Shown here: piece by piece, positions 1-6,840 of the stretch
How the letters are laid out: each line of letters starts with the position of its first letter
How positions within the stretch are numbered: the first letter of the stretch is position 1
Source: Staphylothermus hellenicus DSM 12710
Lineage (GTDB): Archaea; Thermoproteota; Thermoprotei_A; Sulfolobales; Desulfurococcaceae
DNA length: 32,000 nucleotides
Assembly (NCBI RefSeq): GCF_000092465.1
Contig: NC_014205.1
Location: 330,001-362,000, forward strand
Reading direction: 5' to 3'
Program-made: the position numbers and the translations under genes
The notes under the pieces: model-generated
Databases searched by the model: none
What the model saw: only the letters and a program-made list of their open reading frames with translations
What the model was told of the DNA's origin: nothing

Positions 1-250
1 GTTTTAGATGATAACTACTAATTCTCGACGAGAACACAATTATTGCTCTAACAATTTTGTTTCGGGTATTGAGAAGATTATCACTAATATAGTCATGATC
101 CTTATCTTTCAATGTGAACCAAGCCTGGGACAGGTATTTTTTATGAATAGGTTTCCCGTTATCTACAATGTAGTATGTAGGAGATATGATGCTGTGAATA
201 ATTATGGTTATGATCAATATTGTGGAGGCTAGACCCATATTAAAACGCAT
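1..250 (-). CDS. Hypothetical membrane-anchored protein, N-terminal part (ORF runs off left edge)
   Basis: Minus-strand ATG at 250-248, open to position 1 with no stop (MRFNMGLASTILIITIIIHSIISPTYYIVDNGKPIHKKYLSQAWF...). It has an N-terminal hydrophobic helix. It is absent from the supplied track because it is open-ended. Its composition is more protein-like than the competing + ORF 8..232. Confidence 0.4.
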   Translation of the reverse strand, partial: MRFNMGLASTILIITIIIHSIISPTYYIVDNGKPIHKKYLSQAWFTLKDKDHDYISDNLLNTRNKIVRAIIVFSSRISSYHLK

Positions 251-333
251 TATATTGCATCCCCAACCATGTCAGCGGACAATTTCACTGATTTCCCTAG
301 AATTTTATTATGATATAAAAATGTAAAAACTGT

Positions 334-1833
334 TTATTTGTTTAAGTATGTCTTCATATGAACCTCTAAAGGATTGTTTATTGTATAGTTTAGAGCTTTT
401 ATAATGTTCATTGGTGAAACAGTTTTCTTCTGATGTAGAAGATGGTCTCCCACTAATCCATTAATGTATGCTCCTATACATGCGGATATGAATGGATTAT
501 TAGTTTTAGCCAGCATAGATGCAACTATACCTGTTAGAACATCTCCTGTTCCACCGATTGACATGTATGGATTTCCTGTTTTGTTAAGCTTTGTTTGATG
601 CCCATTACTTATGATGTCTATTGGTGCTTTTAGAAGGATAGTGGCGTTTAGTGTTTTAGCGGCTTCAACTACTTTTTCTACATCCTCTGCGGGTTTCCCG
701 GATAAAGTTATATTTGTAAATGCTTTGAATTCTCCTCTATGAGGGGTTAGGACTGTTTTTCCATTAAACATTGTTTTTCCATATTCTATAGTGCGTAGTG
801 CATCAGCATCTATTACGAGACTAATGTTTTTCTTCAGTAATTCATCAATAATCTTCTTAGCTGCTTCGAGTGTTTCAGGTAATCTGCCAAGACCAGGACC
901 TATGACCACTACATGTGGACGTACCTCCACAATATATTCCAGAATGGTTTCAACATGTCTTGGCTCCAAGTATTCACCATTATAGGGGAGCGTTATTAGC
1001 TCTGGTGAGTATGATGCTATAATTTTTCTTACACTGCTCGGAACTATTATAAAAGCTAGATCAGATCCTGCCTCTAACGCGGCAAGGCCTGATAGGGCTG
1101 GTGCACCAGTAAATCTGTAGCTTCCACCTATAACCACTATTTTCCCAGCCATCCCCTTATGAGTATCTGGTTTACGTGGAGGAATACTGTATAAAACATC
1201 TCCCGGCCCAACATATGTTTGTGCATCCGGAGGAATACCAATATTTGCAACAACTATTTCACCAGTTATATCAGGTTTTTTTAAGAGACCGAGTTTAACA
1301 TCGTGGAATGTTACAGTGATATCTGCTTTGAAAGCTACTCCATGGATCTCGCCGGTATCAGGATTTAAGCCTGTAGGAGTATCTATTGATACTTTAAGCC
1401 TTGCACTAGTCTTATTTGCTTCTTCAACAAGTGTTTTTATAGGTTCTCGAAGAGCGCCCTTAACTCCTGTCCCTAATAATCCATCAATTATTACACCAGC
1501 ATCTCTAATAGGATCAATAATTCCCGGTTTATGAATAGTTATTGAGTTCATTCTAGAAACTATTTGGTAGTTTTCACGAGTATCCGGGTGATTAATTAGT
1601 TCAGGTCTATATGCTGGAACGATTTCTACATGGTAACCCTTACTGGCTAGGTATCTTGAAGCTACTAGTGAATCGCCGCCATTTCCGCCTCTACCCATCA
1701 GTACAACTATTTTTCCAGCCTCCTTTGGAGATATGCGCGAAGCAATTGTATCAGCTATGCTTTTACCAGCAGCCTCCATTAACCTAATGAGAGGAATACC
1801 TAATCCGATAGTGTTTGTTTCAAGAATTCTCAT
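334..1833 (-). CDS. nnr: Bifunctional NAD(P)H-hydrate repair enzyme (YjeF_N epimerase + ADP-dependent dehydratase)
   Basis: N-terminal YjeF_N motifs (LMEAAGKS..., VVLMGRGGNGGDSLVASRYL). C-terminal carbohydrate-kinase-like dehydratase motifs (HKGMAGKIVVIGGS, GPGLG, TPHRGEF, GGTGDVLTGIVASMLAK). I prefer the internal ATG at 1833 (MRILETN...) because the 37 residues upstream from the TTG at 1944 are not part of the conserved fold. Confidence 0.85.
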   Translation of the reverse strand: MRILETNTIGLGIPLIRLMEAAGKSIADTIASRISPKEAGKIVVLMGRGGNGGDSLVASRYLASKGYHVEIVPAYRPELINHPDTRENYQIVSRMNSITIHKPGIIDPIRDAGVIIDGLLGTGVKGALREPIKTLVEEANKTSARLKVSIDTPTGLNPDTGEIHGVAFKADITVTFHDVKLGLLKKPDITGEIVVANIGIPPDAQTYVGPGDVLYSIPPRKPDTHKGMAGKIVVIGGSYRFTGAPALSGLAALEAGSDLAFIIVPSSVRKIIASYSPELITLPYNGEYLEPRHVETILEYIVEVRPHVVVIGPGLGRLPETLEAAKKIIDELLKKNISLVIDADALRTIEYGKTMFNGKTVLTPHRGEFKAFTNITLSGKPAEDVEKVVEAAKTLNATILLKAPIDIISNGHQTKLNKTGNPYMSIGGTGDVLTGIVASMLAKTNNPFISACIGAYINGLVGDHLLHQKKTVSPMNIIKALNYTINNPLEVHMKTYLNK

Positions 1834-1984
1834 CTCATTAACTGTTATAACCAAGGAGATCAACCCTATAATCTCGTCTATATATATCTTATTCCATACG
1901 ATTCCTATATAGAAGCAAATATATAATGATATACTTCGCAGCAAATTCTTATTGATAATGAAAATACATGTTAAAACTAGATAT

Positions 1985-2632
1985 TTATTGATCTATTTTT
2001 ACTACGTGGCGAATAGGACTATTGTCTGGAACTATTTCAATATATTTTCTTTTATCCAGTTCATTTCTATTGAAACGATCTTTTGGGATCACCACTAATC
2101 TACCGTGTGGCGTATTAATCATACATTTTTCCCCAGCAATTTCTCCTTTCAGATCAATGCATGCTTCCCTAAATAGTTCTATATCACCTGTTCTTAAAGC
2201 TGTAGCAAATACTACCCAGCTTTCCAGTCTAGTTGGCGGAGACCCCTTTATCATTACATTATTTGTTTCCAGGAAGAATTTATACATAGATGTATTGATT
2301 AAATCTAAAACTACTGGGACAGCTTTGGAACTTCTATTTATAAAGATGTTGAATCCTCCATAAAACATTGTTTTGATAATAGCATCTGTGAGGAAATCAG
2401 ACGAGTATATCTTACCCTCGGCAATATTCATGCATATCTTCTCTATTTTACTTGGTAGTAATTGTTTAGGAATGTTATTGATTATTCTTTTTTCATCCAT
2501 GCTCGACAAAATATTGACTCTATAGTTAAGTATTGGGAATAAAACTATTCCTTCACAGTGCGCGATATTAATGTGTCCTAGGACCATTATTGCTGGACAA
2601 CTAAGTAATTGTTCATAAATCCAATTATTCAA
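1985..2632 (-). CDS. Hypothetical protein (215 aa, TTG start), divergent from the surface-protein cluster
   Basis: Long ORF with no recognisable motifs. It shares the 2633-2784 divergent intergenic region that holds the GTTCCA repeat array. Confidence 0.5.
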   Translation of the reverse strand: MNNWIYEQLLSCPAIMVLGHINIAHCEGIVLFPILNYRVNILSSMDEKRIINNIPKQLLPSKIEKICMNIAEGKIYSSDFLTDAIIKTMFYGGFNIFINRSSKAVPVVLDLINTSMYKFFLETNNVMIKGSPPTRLESWVVFATALRTGDIELFREACIDLKGEIAGEKCMINTPHGRLVVIPKDRFNRNELDKRKYIEIVPDNSPIRHVVKIDQ

Positions 2633-2664
2633 CTACTAACCGCCTCAGCCAATTGTCCCGGTTT

Positions 2665-2696
2665 GTTCCATCGTTCCAAGCCTGGAACGGTTCCAG
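2665..2696. promoter_or_regulatory. GTTCCA/TGGAAC hexamer array including a 15-nt perfect palindrome (candidate operator)
   Basis: GTTCCA at 2665-2670 and 2673-2678. CTGGAAC-G-GTTCCAG perfect palindrome at 2682-2696. This gives four hexamer copies in 32 nt inside a divergent promoter region that is locally GC-richer than its surroundings. Confidence 0.35.
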
Positions 2697-2723
2697 CACC
2701 ATTGACTGTATCATGATATCCCT

Positions 2724-2732
2724 TTTATAAAC
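2724..2732 (+). promoter_or_regulatory. Candidate TATA box for the 2785 gene
   Basis: TTTTATAAA about 55 nt upstream of ATG 2785. A GGAGGG Shine-Dalgarno-like element lies just before the start. Confidence 0.3.
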
Positions 2733-2784
2733 TGAACTATAAAGTAATCCAACAGAGCCTGGAAGGAAAAAGGAGGGTTGAATC

Positions 2785-4026
2785 ATGATAAGCAATACTC
2801 ATCTCAAAATCGCCGGGTTAATCCTGATAGTACTGGTAGCATTATCGATGATCTCATTGCCGGCATCACTTGTACTAGCCGGCGATGGACAAGGGAAAGA
2901 AGAAAATGGAGGACTAGATGAAAATATTAGGGTAAGATTCAACTTAACAATGTCATTTAATGAAGCACTGGATCTAGCGTATACTGTTAGAAATGTTTCA
3001 TATCCAATGTTTGAATGGGGACAAACACAAAACATTACATTAGCTAACACATTGCTTAGACATGGAGATAGTCTCTTAGAGAAAGCAATCAATATGAGTA
3101 GTACAAATGAGACAAAAGCGACATTATTAGCACTAGCTGCTGCAGCAATATATAGTAGAGCACCTATAGTGGCGTATCCAGTGCTCGGAAAAACTATTAG
3201 GAATAATCTCGGAGAAAACCGTAGCTTAACAAATAATACGGTTTTAGCAGTAATTGGGAAAGCCGAGGAGATAAAGAATTTAATCAGTGAAGCCAAGAAT
3301 ATCTCTGCACAATTCAATATAACGCCTCTAAGAATAGTTGATTTCCTAGTAGCTGATGCGACTGGGAAGATAAACACTAGTCTACAATTATTAGAGATGA
3401 ACTATACTGGACGCGCACTAAGTTATGCTGTGAGAGCATATCATGAATACATAAGAGCATATACATGGATTATTAAATCAGTATTCATTGAAAAACTAAA
3501 TCTCGGCGAAACACCAAGAATTACAGAGAAAATAATCATTAAAAAAGTTGATAAGAAAGTAATGGAGAAACTAATTGAGCACATGCCTAGATGGATCAAA
3601 GCTAAAATAATGGAAAAGCTTCGAAAAGGCTTGATCAAAGATATTGTAGACTTAAGAAGACATGTTAGATTAATAGTTAAGATATACAAGGAAAGACTCG
3701 AAAACATAACAGCAGACCAAATAACTAAAACAGCTGTCTTAGTCATAATCGCCGGCTCTAAATTGCCGGGAAAGCAGGGACAAGCAATTAAAGAATGGAG
3801 ATCTAAGCATAGATTATACAATCCTAGATCACTATACAACTATACATTATCAATAGTGAAAAAGGTTCAAAACGAAACCAACGCTACAGGAATAGATTTA
3901 CTAGAACAAGTATTGCATCAGTTAGAGATAAACATAGAGAATGATACAGGCATACATGTAGATCTTACACAAGTATTAAACATAATAATAACAATACATG
4001 TAATACGACACGGCCCCCGTCATTAA
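2785..4026 (+). CDS. Secreted or membrane-anchored, predicted all-helical glycoprotein (413 aa), function unknown
   Basis: N-terminal hydrophobic signal/anchor (LKIAGLILIVLVALSMISLPASLVLAG). About 16 N-x-S/T sequons. Heptad-like Lys/Glu/Ile-rich helices. SD-like GGAGGG upstream. Confidence 0.6.
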   Translation: MISNTHLKIAGLILIVLVALSMISLPASLVLAGDGQGKEENGGLDENIRVRFNLTMSFNEALDLAYTVRNVSYPMFEWGQTQNITLANTLLRHGDSLLEKAINMSSTNETKATLLALAAAAIYSRAPIVAYPVLGKTIRNNLGENRSLTNNTVLAVIGKAEEIKNLISEAKNISAQFNITPLRIVDFLVADATGKINTSLQLLEMNYTGRALSYAVRAYHEYIRAYTWIIKSVFIEKLNLGETPRITEKIIIKKVDKKVMEKLIEHMPRWIKAKIMEKLRKGLIKDIVDLRRHVRLIVKIYKERLENITADQITKTAVLVIIAGSKLPGKQGQAIKEWRSKHRLYNPRSLYNYTLSIVKKVQNETNATGIDLLEQVLHQLEINIENDTGIHVDLTQVLNIIITIHVIRHGPRH

Positions 4027-4092
4027 GATTAAAACAAATATTTTTTACGAATTACTCATTGTCTTTTTACTATAATTATATGGTGGTGAATT

Positions 4093-4917
4093 ATGAGTAG
4101 ATCTGCTGTTTTTGCATTATTGATAATTGTGTTCTTGGTATTAGGTACTAGTATTTATTGTAATGCACAGAACATGGACGACAATGTTAGGGGAATAAGT
4201 ATTAAGATAGTATATGATCCATACATGGATTATGGAATAGTGACTTACGAGATATTATTTTCTAAAACAATGGAGAATACAATAATTGATCTACCACTTG
4301 TAGCAGACAACATTAACGACATCATAAATGTTACGGGAAGCGAGGGCCAAGTATTTCCATACACTTATATCAACGAGAATACATCCATATCAATACTGAT
4401 CAACAATACGGATACATTGATAATTACTTATGAAATATCAGGGTTCATGGACGAGGTTGGAATAGATGCTTATAGTGGAATATTGGATTTATCTCTACTG
4501 AGCGGTATGAATGTTTCCGTCGAAATAGTGTTGCCCAGTGTTTTCAATGTTTCAACGGAGCCTAGAAGTAGTTATGTAGAATACGATGATGGATTAACGA
4601 TTATAAAAATAAATAATCCAGGCATTTACGCAGTATATGTTGAGAAATCATTACTTGCAACAACTACTACAATCAGCCCACCCACCACCACAACAACACC
4701 TGCCCCATTGTCATCTATTACTTCTACAACCACTACAACTACTACTACCCCATCAACCACTACTGTATCATCACATTCCATGACCACTACAACGAGCCCG
4801 ACTTCCCCAAATACTGTATCGCCTAGAGAAACAGTTGGATTATCACCATTCATGATAGGATTAATTATTGCCGTCATAGTGATTATTGTATTGATCGCCT
4901 TATTGCTAAGGAGATAA
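4093..4917 (+). CDS. Cell-surface protein: signal peptide, beta-rich ectodomain, Thr/Ser/Pro stalk, C-terminal TM anchor
   Basis: Signal peptide MSRSAVFALLIIVFLVLGTSIYCNA. About 160 aa globular region with sequons. 55-aa T/S/P tract. C-terminal helix FMIGLIIAVIVIIVLIALLLRR. The ectodomain aligns with that of the next gene (LIITYEISGFMDEVGIDAYSGILDLS vs VLVRYAIYNYLDEIGVGVYGLLIDLS). Confidence 0.7.
   Translation: MSRSAVFALLIIVFLVLGTSIYCNAQNMDDNVRGISIKIVYDPYMDYGIVTYEILFSKTMENTIIDLPLVADNINDIINVTGSEGQVFPYTYINENTSISILINNTDTLIITYEISGFMDEVGIDAYSGILDLSLLSGMNVSVEIVLPSVFNVSTEPRSSYVEYDDGLTIIKINNPGIYAVYVEKSLLATTTTISPPTTTTTPAPLSSITSTTTTTTTTPSTTTVSSHSMTTTTSPTSPNTVSPRETVGLSPFMIGLIIAVIVIIVLIALLLRR
4660..4824 (+). 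repeat. Low-complexity ACN/TCN/CCN codon tract encoding a Thr/Ser/Pro-rich stalk
   Basis: Residues 190-244 of the 4093 ORF: TTTTISPPTTTTTPAPLSSITSTTTTTTTTPSTTTVSSHSMTTTTSPTSPNTVSP. Confidence 0.8.
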
Positions 4918-5016
4918 AAGAAATATTTCTTTTTAATGTACAAACATATTGTTTTAATACTATTCGCAATAAAACAATTTTTTAGTATATTAAACATATT
5001 ATGGTTAGAATCTGTG

Positions 5017-6087
5017 ATGGGGATTATTGTATTGCTGAAAAATGTTTCATTAATATCTCTATTATTGATCGCGGCATTGTTTATCGTATTAAATGGTATG
5101 TTTCCGGCATGTTCACAGGAGAGCCTATATGTTTCTAGAATCGATATAAGCGTCTTCTATGATGTAATAGACGATCTTGGTTTTGTTGAGGAAAACATCT
5201 CTTTAAACACAGTACCGACTCAATTAATAGAGATTGATGCGCCGCTTATTCCTCCACCTATAGGTGGTAGGGGATACTATGAACTAATAAACATAAGTTA
5301 TTCATCTAACCACAAAAATGTATATCTAAGCTATAGTGTTGATAGGAAGAATAACATGGTGAAACTAGTATTTAATGCTACGAGAACTGTTCTGGTCAGA
5401 TACGCCATCTATAACTATCTAGATGAGATCGGTGTGGGGGTTTATGGTTTACTAATAGATTTATCAAACTTCTCAATAGCTAATAGTATCCATGCTAGGA
5501 TAAGAATCATAGGCAATTATACTGTAGATGTATATCCATCATTAAACACGGGCATAACGAAAAGTAAAGATGTGGTTGCTATAGAATTAAATGATCCACA
5601 ACCCTACACTATAATAATAGTTGAAGAAGGCTTTGGAGGAATAACGACTCTCCCCACGACTTCGCCAACTACAAATGTAGAAACGGGGGCTCAGCAGCAA
5701 CCATTAGCTGTTCTGGAAACTAATAATTTAATCCTTATACTAGTTGTAGCAGTAATAGCATTATTATTACTATATCTATTTTGGAGAAGACACGGAGCTG
5801 ATGTGGAGGTTGAAACAATTGCTCCAGGCGATATCTTAAGTGATGAAACGGTGAGGGATATTATTGTGACAGTAGGTGATTCTGGAGGAGAAATTAAACA
5901 AAGTGATCTTGTTAGAGCAACTGGCAGGCCCAAATCAACGATAAGTAGGAAAGTAAAGAGATTAGCTGAGGAAGGATATACCGAGATAATTCGTAAAGGC
6001 AAATATAATATTGTAAAACTAACCCCACAAGGAAAAGAGATTTATGAGAAAATAAAATCCGGGGAGAAGAGCAAGAATGAGCGATAA
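5017..6087 (+). CDS. Membrane-tethered winged-HTH transcription regulator with extracellular sensor-like domain
   Basis: Signal/anchor helix (SLISLLLIAALFIVLNGMFPACS). About 200 aa ectodomain paralogous to the 4093 protein. Short T/P linker. TM helix (LILILVVAVIALLLLYLFWRR, nt ~5725-5814). Cytoplasmic wHTH of MarR/TrmB type (IKQSDLVRATGRPKSTISRKVKRLAEEGYTEIIRKGKYNIVKLTPQGKEIYEKI, nt ~5836-6060). Start taken as ATG 5017; the track start 4936 is possible. Confidence 0.7.
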   Translation: MGIIVLLKNVSLISLLLIAALFIVLNGMFPACSQESLYVSRIDISVFYDVIDDLGFVEENISLNTVPTQLIEIDAPLIPPPIGGRGYYELINISYSSNHKNVYLSYSVDRKNNMVKLVFNATRTVLVRYAIYNYLDEIGVGVYGLLIDLSNFSIANSIHARIRIIGNYTVDVYPSLNTGITKSKDVVAIELNDPQPYTIIIVEEGFGGITTLPTTSPTTNVETGAQQQPLAVLETNNLILILVVAVIALLLLYLFWRRHGADVEVETIAPGDILSDETVRDIIVTVGDSGGEIKQSDLVRATGRPKSTISRKVKRLAEEGYTEIIRKGKYNIVKLTPQGKEIYEKIKSGEKSKNER

Positions 6088-6613
6088 TATAACACCACTA
6101 TATGCACATGGATACTTCTATATGCATGAAACAGGATTGGTGGATCAGGTAATAGTGTTTGATTACTGGGACCCCGATCGTTATTATTGGAAACTATTAT
6201 CCAAGCCTGTGAAGCTTGAAGAGGAAAGAGTATTTCTCGCAAATAATATGCAGTATTATCTTGACCAGGAAAAAGTTCTTATAAATGATGTAGAGGCTCC
6301 ACCTAAAGTTGTAGATGTAGAGATCGGTGTTAGGGGAAAACCTGAGATCGCATATATAGTTTTCCTTATAGAGTTTAAAGGAGAATTAAAAGAAGGCTTA
6401 AACGTTTATGAAAACATCTATGAGGAGGAAGAAGCCGAGTATGAATATATAGTGTACTGGTTTATGCCCGAGAACGCTAGAATAGTTAAGGCCGAACTAG
6501 GCGTTCCATACCGTGTGGAGCCTAATGGTAGAGTATTATTCTTTAAAGTAAAGCCAGGAACTAGAGTGGGTGGTAGAGAAGCAATATATTTCGAGATAAA
6601 ACAAGATGTTTAG
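6077..6613 (+). CDS. Hypothetical cytoplasmic acidic protein (178 aa), overlapping the end of the wHTH gene
   Basis: ATG 6077 overlaps the last 11 nt of the preceding gene. No signal peptide. Contains an acidic patch (YEEEEAEYEY). No family recognised. Confidence 0.6.
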   Translation: MSDNITPLYAHGYFYMHETGLVDQVIVFDYWDPDRYYWKLLSKPVKLEEERVFLANNMQYYLDQEKVLINDVEAPPKVVDVEIGVRGKPEIAYIVFLIEFKGELKEGLNVYENIYEEEEAEYEYIVYWFMPENARIVKAELGVPYRVEPNGRVLFFKVKPGTRVGGREAIYFEIKQDV

Positions 6614-6653
6614 ACGAATATTTATCAGAGCATAAACTAAATAGTTCTATTCT

Positions 6654-6737
6654 GGCGGGTAAATGATGAATGGGGACCTCCCAGTATGGGAGGTCGCCTG
6701 AACAAGCGTGATGTGGGGCCAAAGCGCTGAACCCGCC
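6654..6737 (+). ncRNA. Atypical C/D-box sRNA with a hairpin in place of the D' guide
   Basis: 7-bp terminal stem GGCGGGT (6654-6660) / ACCCGCC (6731-6737). C box ATGATGA 6663-6669. D' CTGA 6698-6701. C' GTGATGT. 12-nt spacer GGGGCCAAAGCG followed by D box CTGA 6727-6730. The 8-bp hairpin GACCTCCC-AGTAT-GGGAGGTC occupies the C-to-D' spacer. The locus is a GC-rich island followed by a T5 run. Confidence 0.65.
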
Positions 6738-6744
6738 TCTTTTT
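6738..6744 (+). terminator. Oligo-T archaeal terminator after the C/D sRNA
   Basis: TCTTTTT immediately 3' of the terminal stem. Confidence 0.4.
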
Positions 6745-6748
6745 AAAA

Positions 6749-6768
6749 CGTATATATACGATATAAAG
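6749..6768 (+). promoter_or_regulatory. TATA-rich promoter candidate (contains the 12-nt palindrome CGTATATATACG) upstream of the second sRNA and priL
   Basis: CGTATATATACGATATAAAG lies 8-27 nt upstream of the C box at 6776 and about 75-90 nt upstream of the priL start. Confidence 0.35.
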
Positions 6769-6770
6769 TA

Positions 6771-6838
6771 TAGAGATGATGAATACGCCATCGTGTGAGC
6801 AATCGTTGATGAACGGAACCCGTCCCCACTGATAACAT
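6771..6838 (+). ncRNA. Candidate C/D-box sRNA lying in the priL leader
   Basis: C box ATGATGA 6776-6782. 12-nt spacer ATACGCCATCGT. Degenerate D' GTGA 6795-6798. C' TTGATGA 6806-6812. 16-nt spacer, then D box CTGA 6829-6832. No terminal stem. It ends 9 nt before the GTG start of priL. Confidence 0.45.
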
Positions 6839-6840
6839 GG

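Noticed and set aside
8-232. Track ORF of 74 aa on the + strand at the left edge
   Set aside because: Its composition is Cys/Asn/Tyr-rich and unlike the other proteins here, with no SD or promoter. The opposite strand carries a longer open-ended ORF with an ATG at 250 and a plausible N-terminal TM helix, which I listed instead at low confidence.
2799-4997. Antisense ORFs inside the surface-protein genes (2799..3377, 3441..3839, 4626..4997, all on the - strand)
   Set aside because: These are shadow frames of better-supported + strand genes. For example, 4626..4997 translates the Thr tract as poly-Val, and none has an independent start context.
6561-6791. 76-aa ORF on the - strand across the 6614-6840 spacer
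   Set aside because: It overlaps the GC-rich stem and box elements of the C/D sRNA. The reading frame is best explained as a by-product of the absence of stop codons in GC-rich RNA sequence.
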